A stretch of 64,000 nucleotides of DNA, taken from positions 1 to 64,000 of the forward strand of contig JBKHIT010000003.1 of NCBI GenBank assembly GCA_046538485.1, read 5' to 3'. Positions within the stretch are counted from its first letter, which is position 1. Every line of letters starts with the position of its first letter. The position numbers and the translations under genes are program-made. This stretch comes from Candidatus Brocadiia bacterium (GTDB lineage Bacteria; Planctomycetota; Brocadiia; SM23-32). Shown here piece after piece: positions 1-9,657 of this stretch. The notes beneath the pieces were generated by a model. That model was not told where the DNA came from. It did not search any database and saw only the letters and a program-made list of their open reading frames with translations.

Positions 1-475
1 GGCCCCCGAAACCAGAAAGCTGGTTGCAAGGCCACGCACTTTACCGAATAGTTACGGCGCATCCAGGGTCGGACCATCCGAAGTTGCTTCCGAAACAATA
101 GTTATGACAAAAAGAGCTCCTGTATATGGCTTAGACGGGGCATTTTGGGGGTGCAATGGGGTCGCTAAGCGATTCCCCATGCTCTGCGATGCCCCGTAAA
201 ATAACCCTCGCCGCTCTGCCTGTAGCATCAGATGTTTAATCCTCTGTCATTTTGTCTCCCTCACCGTCCCCTCAAACCCCTAAAAATCGCCCTCAAACGC
301 GTTATAATATCAATGGAAGGGACGGTCGCCCGGAGGTTCTCTTCGGCGAATAGTTGAGCCCGGCAGCTCAAGCCTTTTCGCGGGGCAGTTCGGGTCAGCA
401 TTCCACCGGTCGCAAGTTTACGAACGGGTGCTCTTTGCTCCGACTTTGTCATTGTGTCTCGGCGCGGGAATGCGT

Positions 476-1531
476 TCAGCTCGGCGAAAATGTGCTTCCC
501 GGGTTGTCAGTGACGACCAGTCCCGAACCATGCTCGCCCCGATCGAGGATGAGTTCTTTCAATGCGGCCCGGTGGAGCGTATTGTTGGCTATCACGCAGT
601 TGCTCAGTTCTTCAATCACAATGCCAAATTCGGGGGACCAGCGTCCTTTCCCGCCGTCATCCTGTCCGACGGTCAATGTGTTTCCTGTGAACGTAACCCC
701 CTCGGCTCCTGTCATTCGCACGTGGGCCGAACTGTGGCTACCCTCCTGGGCTGTCCGACCGCTACGATAGATGAGATTCCCGGTCGCCGTGATCTGGCGG
801 CAGGGGGTACCATCACGGCTCTGCAGGTCGATTCCCACTTTGAAAGACCTGTCAATGTAATTTCCGGTGATGTTGTAGTGGCTTCCCCCTCTTAACACGA
901 TTCCTCCGGCCCCGTTCCATTCGATACGGTTCCCGGTCATTGTGACCGATGCGTTTTCATCATAGGCGCCGTAGCCTGCATCTTTATTGCCGCTGAGCCA
1001 GTTGTCCATGACGAATCCGTCCCACCCACGCACACGAAGGCCGCATCCGGTGTTGTGGCTGAGCATGCAATGGCGAACGCTGAACACCCAGACCCGTCCG
1101 AGATGAATGCCGTCTCCGGTGAAATGGCTGATACGACAACGCTCGATGGTGGGGGCATCCTCCTGATCGCCATAGTCGTCTTTATCCATGAGGATACCGT
1201 GAATGTTGCTGCCGAGTTGCTCACCCTCCAGAGACAGGCCGTTAATCGTGACTCCCAGGGCCCCGGTGATGTCCAGCAAGCACCGAGCTTCGGCGTGGGC
1301 GAGTTTAAGAATGGAACCTCCGGGGTTGCGGTAGCTCCAGCCGGGCTGTCCCGAGATAACGACACCGGAAGCGATTTTTAATTCCGAGCACAGATAAGTG
1401 CCTGTCGGAATATTAATTGCCCCCCCGATCTGAGCAGCGCGGTCCAGCGTTTTTTGAAGGGCCTGGGTATCGTCTGTTTCGCCGTCGCCCGCGGCTCCGA
1501 AATCGAGGGGATTCAGCATTGTTTGGACCAT
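476..1531 (-). CDS. Right-handed parallel beta-helix protein (pectate-lyase/GH28-like fold)
   Basis: N-terminal 'NPLDFGAAGDGETDDTQALQKTLD' motif typical of pectate_lyase_3-like proteins, followed by repeated 'xITGNxI' beta-helix rungs. Confidence 0.8.
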   Translation of the reverse strand: MVQTMLNPLDFGAAGDGETDDTQALQKTLDRAAQIGGAINIPTGTYLCSELKIASGVVISGQPGWSYRNPGGSILKLAHAEARCLLDITGALGVTINGLSLEGEQLGSNIHGILMDKDDYGDQEDAPTIERCRISHFTGDGIHLGRVWVFSVRHCMLSHNTGCGLRVRGWDGFVMDNWLSGNKDAGYGAYDENASVTMTGNRIEWNGAGGIVLRGGSHYNITGNYIDRSFKVGIDLQSRDGTPCRQITATGNLIYRSGRTAQEGSHSSAHVRMTGAEGVTFTGNTLTVGQDDGGKGRWSPEFGIVIEELSNCVIANNTLHRAALKELILDRGEHGSGLVVTDNPGSTFSPS

Positions 1532-1567
1532 GACTTTATCCTTTTACGGTTGTTGATACGCAGGAGA

Positions 1568-3061
1568 TCATATTTCGTCACGGGCAGGGAAGAGAATATT
1601 CTGAAAAGTATCCTGTCCTGTGATTTGCCTCAGGAAATCAATATGCGGATGGAAGTCAGCGACCTCTCCGCATTTGTGGGAATCGCTTCCGAGAGCGATT
1701 CGAACATTTTTTCGGATGCATAGCTTGAAAAAATCCGGGTCGGGCTGGTTGCTGTGAAAATTAATTTCAGCGGCGGCGTCGTATTCTTTCAGCAGATCGG
1801 TGACCGGCTCGTAGAGATTCCGTGGAACTGGCAAATCGTTGCGACTGAAAAAACGGAAAGGATGGGCGAGTATCCGGCATCCGTTGGCCAGAAGCGATCG
1901 GGTCCTTTCGAGGTACTCCGAACGCATCGCTTTTTCGGAAGTTACCGATGGCGGGATCCAATGCACGGCGCCAAGCAACAAATCCCAGCCTTCGAGGTCA
2001 TCCGGGTGGGCGCCGGGGCGGCCAGGAAGGTCCGGTTCGACTTCCAGACCGATTTTTACCGTTTCGGTGCGCAACGGTTCCGTGTAGCGCCTGTAATCGG
2101 GCAGACGCTGGCAGTTTGCGGGCCGCGAACGCGCCCAATAATCTGGATGCGTGTAAACATAAGCTTCGTCGTGTTCTTTACGGGTCAGGTAAAGCTGGTC
2201 GGCATGTTCGCTGAGACAGAGTCCTCGAAGTCCGAAAAGCGAAGTCCTTCGGATGGCGTCCGGGGCTGTGATATTATCGGCGCAGTAGGCGTATTGGGTG
2301 TGGCAGTGGACATCGAACAGAGAGTACTTTTCCGGTAGTTTCAAGGCATAGCGCTGGATTTCAACTTTTGGACCGCGAAAACGAGCGATACCATAGGCAA
2401 ATGGCGGTTTGCTCAGAGATGGACACGTCCAGTATGTAACCCCATCGACGGATGTCGGTTCCTGGCCGGGATGATAGTGTCCGCTCAAAGAGGCGGCCAG
2501 AGCGCATTCTGCATACTGAGACATCACGGAAATGTGGTCGTCGAGTATATACGGATAATCGCTTTCTATGGGAGGATAAAGAGGATTATGCTGAAGGGCG
2601 ATTAGAGGTTGATTGGTTCCCTCTGCGACATTGCGGAACCGAGCCATCTGTTCGGCGTTGCGATGACCGACATCATTTTCGTCCCAACTATCGACGAACG
2701 TGTAAAGAAGGTAACCATTGATATCATGGATTCCGGGTTCATCTTCAAACAGTCTCAGCACCGTTTCAGCGTCGGGGTCGTGGTTACCCGGCACGACGAT
2801 GCAGGGCAGTTTCGGAGCCTGTTGTCTGACATTGTCGCGAATTTCAAGAAGATCCGGAATGGCACCGTCCGAGCTGCCATCTTCGACAAGATCTCCGAGC
2901 AGAACAATTGCGTCGAGATTACTGCGACGTTGGGCGTCGCGAAGAGCCCGAGCAACGAGCTCGGCTCCCAGGTCGCATTCTCTGTCGGTCTCGCCGGGAT
3001 TGGACTCGGCGAGATTGAAGTAGTGGATATCGGACAGAATAAGGAGTGAACTTTCTGACAT
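1568..3061 (-). CDS. Calcineurin-like metallophosphoesterase fused to a C-terminal PHP domain
   Basis: N-half motifs SDIH, GDLVEDG, PGNHD, SGHYH; C-half PHP motifs DVHCHT, SEH, GLEVE, AVHW, AHP, EIN, GSDSH. Confidence 0.85.
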   Translation of the reverse strand: MSESSLLILSDIHYFNLAESNPGETDRECDLGAELVARALRDAQRRSNLDAIVLLGDLVEDGSSDGAIPDLLEIRDNVRQQAPKLPCIVVPGNHDPDAETVLRLFEDEPGIHDINGYLLYTFVDSWDENDVGHRNAEQMARFRNVAEGTNQPLIALQHNPLYPPIESDYPYILDDHISVMSQYAECALAASLSGHYHPGQEPTSVDGVTYWTCPSLSKPPFAYGIARFRGPKVEIQRYALKLPEKYSLFDVHCHTQYAYCADNITAPDAIRRTSLFGLRGLCLSEHADQLYLTRKEHDEAYVYTHPDYWARSRPANCQRLPDYRRYTEPLRTETVKIGLEVEPDLPGRPGAHPDDLEGWDLLLGAVHWIPPSVTSEKAMRSEYLERTRSLLANGCRILAHPFRFFSRNDLPVPRNLYEPVTDLLKEYDAAAEINFHSNQPDPDFFKLCIRKNVRIALGSDSHKCGEVADFHPHIDFLRQITGQDTFQNILFPARDEI

Positions 3062-3271
3062 CGGTCCATAACGAGGAAGGAAAACTCAACGTGAACTTTA
3101 ACCCTAACGTTATGATGATATGTGCGTCAAGCGATGCCTTTCGCGCGATCACATTTGCTCTCCCTTGGTCGGTTCTGGTAAGTTCGAGCAATGCCGAAGA
3201 GCGCAAAAAGTTGTTTTCAGCGAAATTGACGTCATTTTGACGTTCACGCGATTGAGACCCTGAAAGGTGAA

Positions 3272-5176
3272 ATGATGGATACGAATGATTTGTTTATTCC
3301 GGAGTGGCGGCGTCCTATCCGGATGCCCGAATCCGCACCGCTGGCTCACGCAGATCCGATTTACGGCTTGGCGGGCGAAAAAGGGACATGGAAACTGATT
3401 TTTCCGATCGACACAAATGTTGCCAGTAACGAGAAACTGCAATTGCAATTGTGGGGCGGTCGCAACAATAAAAGTTCCATGATTGATCCGCAGGTCGATG
3501 CGCCGTCCGATGACGGTTTTTTGTCGGCTTCCGTCGGAGAAATCAAATGCGAAATGGAGTCGACCGATGGGACAGGAACCTTTGCCATTGAGTTGCCGGA
3601 TGCCGGTTTGAAAAAAGGGGATGAGCTTGAAGTGCTGATGGGCGACACATCCGGGGGGGGAGATGGAATCCGCCTGAATAGCGTGCGCATACCCAACAAA
3701 TTTTTTGTTCTTCACCGGGTTCCTTGTGATGAGAGGACCGGGGTTTGGAATGAAGAAAACCAGCATCTGATTATCTCTGTATGCACGATGCATGTTCTGG
3801 GGGGAGAAGTTGATCGTATCCGGGCATTTGCCCCTTCTCAGGTTGTTCCGGGCGACGAATTCTCCATTCTTGTGCGTCCTGAAGATGAGTACGGCAACGT
3901 TTCCTGTGTGCCTTTGGGCGAAGTGAACGTATCGCTGGACGGCGAATCTCTGGAGGTCGAGTGCGAGCAGGTGAAAGGTTCGACGTGTCTGAGTGTCCGT
4001 ACGCAGGTGCCACTCGATGGGGTCCATCGCCTGAAAGTGCAGGACGAAGCAGGAGAGTGGCAGGCTGTAACAAATCCTATTGTGTGCCGGGCTGCTTTGC
4101 CGGCCGGCCGGACATATTGGGGTATGATCCACGGGCACACCGAGATGTCTGATGGCACGGGATCACTCGATCGTTATTTCCATCAGCTCCGAAATGAAGC
4201 GCGGCTTGATTTCGGAGCCCCGGGGGACCACGATCATCTCTGGGAAACGTCCGATGATCTATGGGCGGTGACATGTCAGAAGGTGAAAGAGTGGAATGAG
4301 CCAGGGCGTTTTGTGACGCTTCTGGGTTATGAATGGGCCAAGTGGCGCAAGAACGGTGACGGGGATCGGAACGTTTATTTTCTTGAGGATGATCGCCCGC
4401 TTTATCGGTCGGATGAAGGGGAACATCCCCATCCTCCCGATTTGTTTGAAGCACTGGAAGAAGAAACAGCAACGGTAATTCCGCATCATCCTGCGCACGC
4501 GGGCAACTTTTGCGATTGGAAAGATCACGATCCGGAGCTGGAAAAACTCGTGGAAATCTACCAGATCAGGGGCAGTTACGAATGTTCGGAGGAAGAGGGC
4601 AATCCCTTACCGGAAGAAGGTGATCAAGAACCATTCAGTGACGGGTTCGTCCGGCGGGCTTTGGCAATGGGGTGGAGGGTTGGATTTACCGGTGGGGGCG
4701 ATGATCACAGCGGTGGAGCCGGAACGGGCAGAAATCACGACGGGTTGATGGCCGTTTTTGCTGACGAACTTACTCGGGAAAGCGTCTGGGAAGCCATGCA
4801 AAAACGACGCGTTGTTGCCAGTTCCGGGCCACGTATTTTGCTCACCTACCGGCTCAACGGCCACTTCATGGGATCGGAACTCGATTCAGCGGATTCTCCG
4901 GTTCTGGAGGACCGGCGCGAACTCCGGATCAGTTTTCACGGGACCGCACCGGCCCGGAAGATTGACGTTATCCGCAACAATGAGGTCATTCAGTCGTGGT
5001 CCCCTGGCGAATTGGAGTCTGAGCTGGTATGGGAAGACGAATCGCCGTTACGTCAAGCCCTCATGCCACCTGCGGAGTTTTGCGAAAACCCATTTTGCTT
5101 TTACTACGTGCGCGCATTGCAGGAAGATGGAGAAATGGTCTGGGCAAGTCCGGTATGGATTGATTGTTACTTTTGA
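3272..5176 (+). CDS. DUF3604 / CehA-McbA-like PHP-fold metallohydrolase
   Basis: YWGMIHGHTEMSDG, GDHD, LGYEW, GDRNVYF, IPHH, GFTGGGDDH, and C-terminal 'YYVR...WASPVW'. Confidence 0.75.
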   Translation: MMDTNDLFIPEWRRPIRMPESAPLAHADPIYGLAGEKGTWKLIFPIDTNVASNEKLQLQLWGGRNNKSSMIDPQVDAPSDDGFLSASVGEIKCEMESTDGTGTFAIELPDAGLKKGDELEVLMGDTSGGGDGIRLNSVRIPNKFFVLHRVPCDERTGVWNEENQHLIISVCTMHVLGGEVDRIRAFAPSQVVPGDEFSILVRPEDEYGNVSCVPLGEVNVSLDGESLEVECEQVKGSTCLSVRTQVPLDGVHRLKVQDEAGEWQAVTNPIVCRAALPAGRTYWGMIHGHTEMSDGTGSLDRYFHQLRNEARLDFGAPGDHDHLWETSDDLWAVTCQKVKEWNEPGRFVTLLGYEWAKWRKNGDGDRNVYFLEDDRPLYRSDEGEHPHPPDLFEALEEETATVIPHHPAHAGNFCDWKDHDPELEKLVEIYQIRGSYECSEEEGNPLPEEGDQEPFSDGFVRRALAMGWRVGFTGGGDDHSGGAGTGRNHDGLMAVFADELTRESVWEAMQKRRVVASSGPRILLTYRLNGHFMGSELDSADSPVLEDRRELRISFHGTAPARKIDVIRNNEVIQSWSPGELESELVWEDESPLRQALMPPAEFCENPFCFYYVRALQEDGEMVWASPVWIDCYF

Positions 5177-5234
5177 CGGCCCGCTCAATAGGACATAAAA
5201 CCAATTTTTTATTGGACCTGAAAGATTATTCCCG

Positions 5235-6662
5235 ATGGGCGAAAGGGTCGAAGTTCAAACCGTTGAACGGGGTTGTCGACCGTTCCAATATCTCCGGGAA
5301 GTAGAGAATGCCGGGTACCCGGTTCTGTTGGAAAGTTCGCTTCACAACACAGATTTTGGACGGTATTCCATTCTGTGCTGGGATCCCGTCAAGGTTTTGA
5401 CCTGCAGGGGCTCAAGTGTCGAGGTGGAGAATACGCAGACAGGCGCAAGTCGAAAAGAAGACGGGGCTCCTTTTTCTGTACTATCGAAGGAGTTTCTACC
5501 TCATCGGATCGAGCTTCCGGATAGTTTTCATTTGCCTTTCGCCGGAGGAGCAGTCGGGTATTTTTCCTACGATCTGCGCCACCAGATTGAGAGTCTTCCA
5601 CTCTCGTGCGAATATGATCTGGCCGTTCCCGAGTTTACACTTTGTTTTTATGATAGGGCACTTGTGTTTGATCACCACCGGAATGTCACGGAGTTTGTGG
5701 GACCTGCTGGGTGTGATCCGCCCGATTTCAAACTCGAAGATACCGCGAGGGACAACGCGGGAGCGGTTGCTGAGACGGGGCGATTGCCAGCTATCGAGGG
5801 AGTTGTGCTGGAGTCCAGTTTCAAACCGGGCGAGTATCCGGGAGCTGTGCAGAAGGTGATCGATTACATTGCTGCTGGAGATATTTTCCAGGCAAATCTC
5901 TCGCAACGTTTCGAAGGGTTTTGCCCTGCGGAAGGAATTGAATTGTACGAACGTCTTCGGATGGTGAATCCGGCTCCGTTCTCGGCTTATATGAAATATC
6001 CCGATATCGAAGTAGTGTCCTCGTCCCCTGAACGTTTTCTGCTGGTTGAAGGGGATCGCGTGACGACGCGGCCAATAAAGGGAACGCGGGCCCGGATTGC
6101 GGGCGACGATGTTTTCAACAAGCGGATGGAAGAGGAGTTGCTCAATTCCGAGAAAGATCATGCCGAACTTGCGATGATCGTGGACCTGGAGCGAAACGAC
6201 CTGGGACGGGTTTGCTCGTACGGAAGCGTACGGGTCAAAGAACACGCGGTTCTGGAGACGTACCCCACAGTGTTTCATCTGGTTTCGACCGTGGAGGGAC
6301 GGCTTTTTCGGGAACAGTATGATGAGTTTTCGCTTGTGCGCGCAACATTCCCGGGTGGTTCAATAACCGGGGCGCCGAAAATTCGGGCGATGGAGATTAT
6401 TGAAGAGATTGAACCGTATGCCCGAAACATTTACACGGGCAGTATCGGCTATTTTTCTTTCCATGGCCGGGCCGATCTGAATATTGTTATTCGAACATTG
6501 ATGAAGGCGGGTGGGCGAATTTACATGCATTTCGGCGGAGGAATTGTGGCTGATTCCGATCCACAAATGGAATTCCAGGAGACTCTGGACAAAGGAAAAG
6601 CTCTTTTTCAGGCGGCTGGTGCGGAAAATTTCGAAGAAATAATGGGAATGGCCTATCCATGA
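5235..6662 (+). CDS. pabB: Aminodeoxychorismate synthase component I
   Basis: Chorismate-binding motifs LLES, GAVGYFSYDL, SSPERFL, PIKGT, MIVDLERNDL, FPGGSITGAPK; adjacent to a class IV aminotransferase. Confidence 0.85.
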   Translation: MGERVEVQTVERGCRPFQYLREVENAGYPVLLESSLHNTDFGRYSILCWDPVKVLTCRGSSVEVENTQTGASRKEDGAPFSVLSKEFLPHRIELPDSFHLPFAGGAVGYFSYDLRHQIESLPLSCEYDLAVPEFTLCFYDRALVFDHHRNVTEFVGPAGCDPPDFKLEDTARDNAGAVAETGRLPAIEGVVLESSFKPGEYPGAVQKVIDYIAAGDIFQANLSQRFEGFCPAEGIELYERLRMVNPAPFSAYMKYPDIEVVSSSPERFLLVEGDRVTTRPIKGTRARIAGDDVFNKRMEEELLNSEKDHAELAMIVDLERNDLGRVCSYGSVRVKEHAVLETYPTVFHLVSTVEGRLFREQYDEFSLVRATFPGGSITGAPKIRAMEIIEEIEPYARNIYTGSIGYFSFHGRADLNIVIRTLMKAGGRIYMHFGGGIVADSDPQMEFQETLDKGKALFQAAGAENFEEIMGMAYP

Positions 6663-7531
6663 GTGATGAGGCGTCCGAGCATGTCTATCTTAACGGGAAG
6701 ATAATTCCGAAAGGGAAAGCGTTCATTTCTCCTTTCGATCGCGGGTTCATGTACGGAGATGGTTTTTTTGAGACCACGCGAATTGAAGACGACCGACCTC
6801 TTCAATTTGATCGACATTTCGAAAGGATTGCCAGGTCTTGTCGTCGCACCGGTTGGGAATGGGAGCCGGATGGCAAGATTGTTCGGGCGGCCTGCAAAGA
6901 GTTGATCCTTCGGAACGAAGTTGAGACCGGCTATTTACGATTGACGATCAGCCGTGGGCAAACGGGGGGTTTAATGGATCTTCAGGCCGTGGAACCGACG
7001 GTGCTGATAGTGGCGAAGCCCATGGAATTATCGCCTCTTGATGATTCGCCTGCGTGGATTCTGGCTCGCGCGAAAGGGAAAGTCCCTGCGGATTCCATCA
7101 CAATAGGTTTAAAATCCGCTAGCTACCAGGAAAACCTTCTGAATTTAGCTGAAGGGCGGCGTCGGGGAGCGGATGAAGTCTATTTCTTAAATACAAGAAA
7201 TGAAATTGCAGAATGCAGCATTTCGAACATTTTTGTTGTTGACCGAGGAGTTTTGAAGACACCGTCCGAGAATTGTGGTTTGCTGCCAGGAATTGCCCGT
7301 CAGACGATTCTTGAAATATGCGCACAGCAGAAAATGCCGTGCGAGGCGGTTCGCCTCGACGAGGAGAGTCTGTGCAGGGGGGAAGAGGTATTCTGTTCGA
7401 ATTCACTTCGTGGTGTGATTCCGGTAAAGCAGTTGCTCGATCCAGAGCTTCGGGAGGTGTCTGATTGCGTGGTCACGGCCCGGTTGCAAAAGGAGTACGC
7501 GCGTGTAGCTCGGGAGGAGAGTTACATTTAA
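6659..7531 (+). CDS. pabC: Class IV PLP-dependent aminotransferase, likely 4-amino-4-deoxychorismate lyase
   Basis: DRGFMYGDGFFET, GLKS, ECSISNIF, LLPGIAR, NSLRG; ATGA overlap with pabB. Confidence 0.75.
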   Translation: MSDEASEHVYLNGKIIPKGKAFISPFDRGFMYGDGFFETTRIEDDRPLQFDRHFERIARSCRRTGWEWEPDGKIVRAACKELILRNEVETGYLRLTISRGQTGGLMDLQAVEPTVLIVAKPMELSPLDDSPAWILARAKGKVPADSITIGLKSASYQENLLNLAEGRRRGADEVYFLNTRNEIAECSISNIFVVDRGVLKTPSENCGLLPGIARQTILEICAQQKMPCEAVRLDEESLCRGEEVFCSNSLRGVIPVKQLLDPELREVSDCVVTARLQKEYARVAREESYI

Positions 7532-7557
7532 ATGGACTGTTAAAGTATTGTTTCGGC

Positions 7558-7586
7558 TTGACACCCGAGAAAGGGGTGATTAAACT
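7558..7586 (+). promoter_or_regulatory. Sigma70-type promoter
   Basis: TTGACA (7558-7563), 17-nt spacer, TAAACT (7581-7586), upstream of the lipoprotein gene. Confidence 0.55.
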
Positions 7587-7654
7587 TTTTGATCACGGGG
7601 TTCGAATAACGTGCTTTAAAATGATACGCCCGTGTGGGTTTTGAGGAGGTTTCC

Positions 7655-9001
7655 ATGAGAATCGATCCCAGGTTGATTGCAGGTGGTGTGGTTGTAACAC
7701 TGGCGCTTGTCTGGTGTGGGTGTCAGAGCCCTCAGGAAGAGGCAGATGCGGAGAAAGCCGGTCCCAAAGCCTCGGCGGTTGAAGGCAAGAGTGTGGTTGA
7801 GAAGCCGGGGGCGGCTGCCAAAGAGGCTGAAGGAGGAAAGTCGGTTGCCCGGCCAGAGAAGGAAATTGAAGAGGGGAAAGTAACAAAGAAGGACAAGAGG
7901 AGCAAGAAAGCGAAAAAGGCCAAAAAGGCCAGGAAAGCCAAGAAGGGTACGGAGAAAGCTGCTGAGGTTGAGAAAGCAAAATTGGTTGTTGATCCCGGTC
8001 GAATGGATCTCGATCTGAGAGATCAGGGATTGAAAGTTATCTGGCGGCAGAACCTCGGACACGTTGGCCAGAAAACAAAGCTGGGCAACTTATACGCGTT
8101 GTCAGATACACTTGTTGCTGGGACGCCCGCAGGGAATTTGTTTTTCTTCGACGCTCGTAGCGGCGTTTGGAATGCTACTTCACGACTGAAGGGCGAATTG
8201 TGGGAAGACCCGGCCGGCGACAAGAAGGAAGTATATGTGATAACAGGGCGGGGACTTTCGGTAATTAATGCGGAATCGGGTGTTGTGCGAAAACGCTTTC
8301 GTCTGCGTATCCCCGTTTCGTGCCCCCCGGTGCCGGTTGGAAATGCCTTATTGCTGGGCGGTGCCAATTCTAAAATCACGAAACTTTCGCTGGAAAGTGG
8401 CAAACATCTGTGGAGCGTTTCCCCGGACGGTTCGGTTCAGGCATCACCGGTGGTCAATGATGAAATGTTTTATGGCACCGGGTATAGAGGGGCTGTAATT
8501 GCTGGAGACCTCTCGAACGGGAAGATTCGTTGGCGTTGGAAACCCAAAGAGCCTTCTCAGTTAATGGGTGGCCTGACGATGGGTGAAGGTTTCATTTATG
8601 TGGGCGATAACAGAGGGTACGTTTATTCTCTGCTCGGCTCAGATGGGGTTGCGATGTGGAAATACCCGCTGGGAACTCCCATAACTGATCTCAAATATGT
8701 AGATTCCGGGCATCTGGTGGTGGCCACTCATGAGTCGGGTATAACCCTTTTGTCTCCGGGAGATGAACCTTCTGAGAAGTGGATTTACAAAAGAGGGAAG
8801 AGGATGCTCGCAGCCGGGGAAAACGGGTATTATTTCCTGACACGGAACGGGGACCTGGCATGCGTTAACGTGGAGACAGGAAAAGAAAAATGGCGCTTGC
8901 CAATCGTCAAAGACTATATAATCGCAGTTTCTGGCAAAGAACCCATTATTTTTGTAGGCTGTGCGAGTGGCGAGATAATCGCTTTTCAGGAAATGGACTG
9001 A
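7655..9001 (+). CDS. PQQ-like beta-propeller lipoprotein (BamB-like) with a Lys/Ala-rich linker
   Basis: GAGGAGG RBS before ATG 7655; hydrophobic signal ending LVWCGC; repeated 'G...W' propeller blades (SGKHLWS, NGKIRWR, DGVAMWK, TGKEKWR). Confidence 0.75.
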   Translation: MRIDPRLIAGGVVVTLALVWCGCQSPQEEADAEKAGPKASAVEGKSVVEKPGAAAKEAEGGKSVARPEKEIEEGKVTKKDKRSKKAKKAKKARKAKKGTEKAAEVEKAKLVVDPGRMDLDLRDQGLKVIWRQNLGHVGQKTKLGNLYALSDTLVAGTPAGNLFFFDARSGVWNATSRLKGELWEDPAGDKKEVYVITGRGLSVINAESGVVRKRFRLRIPVSCPPVPVGNALLLGGANSKITKLSLESGKHLWSVSPDGSVQASPVVNDEMFYGTGYRGAVIAGDLSNGKIRWRWKPKEPSQLMGGLTMGEGFIYVGDNRGYVYSLLGSDGVAMWKYPLGTPITDLKYVDSGHLVVATHESGITLLSPGDEPSEKWIYKRGKRMLAAGENGYYFLTRNGDLACVNVETGKEKWRLPIVKDYIIAVSGKEPIIFVGCASGEIIAFQEMD

Positions 9002-9034
9002 CAGGCGCACGAACATCTCGAAAGAAGTACATAA

Positions 9035-9078
9035 AATGAGAGCCCTGACGGATTATTCATTCGCAGGGCTCTCTCATT
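9035..9078. terminator. Hairpin between convergent genes, probable bidirectional terminator
   Basis: GAGAGCCCTG / CAGGGCTCTC perfect 10-bp inverted repeat between the lipoprotein stop and the histone stop. Confidence 0.55.
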
Positions 9079-9210
9079 ACTTGACCCGCTGTTCATAAAG
9101 CGGGCAAAACGCAAAATACTCCTGCCACCTTCATCCCCGACTTTTTCATCTGCCGCAAGAGAACATGTAGAGATGATGCCGGAGAAAAAGCAGACAAGAC
9201 GCTTCCGCGT

Positions 9211-9390
9211 TTAAACGTCTCTTGCCTGTACGGTTTTACGACCATTGGCTTCCGCACGTTTAGCGGCTTTGTCGAGACATTCATAAACGTATTCGTTCAC
9301 TGCTTCAAGCACGTCCTTTGAGCACATCATACCTTTAGATTTGATGTAATCTTTTGTTTTCGAACCAACGATTAATCTTTCTTCAGCCAT
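9211..9390 (-). CDS. Bacterial histone-fold protein, 59 aa (face-to-face / Bd0055-HLp-like)
   Basis: Hand translation: MAEERLIVGSKTKDYIKSKGMMCSKDVLEAVNEYVYECLDKAAKRAEANGRKTVQARDV*. Histone signature A..RA...GRKTV..RD (RxTxxxxD), GGAGG RBS upstream. Absent from the ORF track, whose shortest entries are 60 aa. Confidence 0.9.
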   Translation of the reverse strand: MAEERLIVGSKTKDYIKSKGMMCSKDVLEAVNEYVYECLDKAAKRAEANGRKTVQARDV

Positions 9391-9449
9391 GGAAAACCTC
9401 CCTTTTCAGTAAAAAAAACAAGAAGCCGTTCCCTTGCGACAACGCACAA

Positions 9450-9477
9450 ATCTTAACATTTATGCCGTTTTTGTCAA
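9450..9477 (-). promoter_or_regulatory. Sigma70-type promoter of the histone gene
   Basis: Minus strand reads TTGACA (9477-9472), 16-nt spacer ending in TGn, TAAGAT (9455-9450), i.e. an extended -10. Confidence 0.6.
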
Positions 9478-9657
9478 GCATAAACATGGTTGAAATGCCA
9501 AGAAAACACCATAAAACGCCAAAATTGCCTTTTTGGGAGTGTGTTATTTCTGTTCTTGTGATGATAAAAGTTCGGGGGATCAGACGGCCTTTGCGATCGG
9601 GCCCTGATTCTGCTAAACTGCTTGTTGGTATCGTCTTCTGTCGACAGGGAAAGAAAA

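Noticed and set aside
1..470. Possible gene or RNA at the left edge, including a TTGAGC/GCTCAA hairpin
   Set aside because: No recognisable protein in the frames examined and only a short hairpin; not supportable
9093..9284. 63-aa minus-strand ORF in the supplied track
   Set aside because: It overlaps the histone ORF in another frame, has no RBS and no motif; the 9211-9390 frame has the RBS, promoter and family signature
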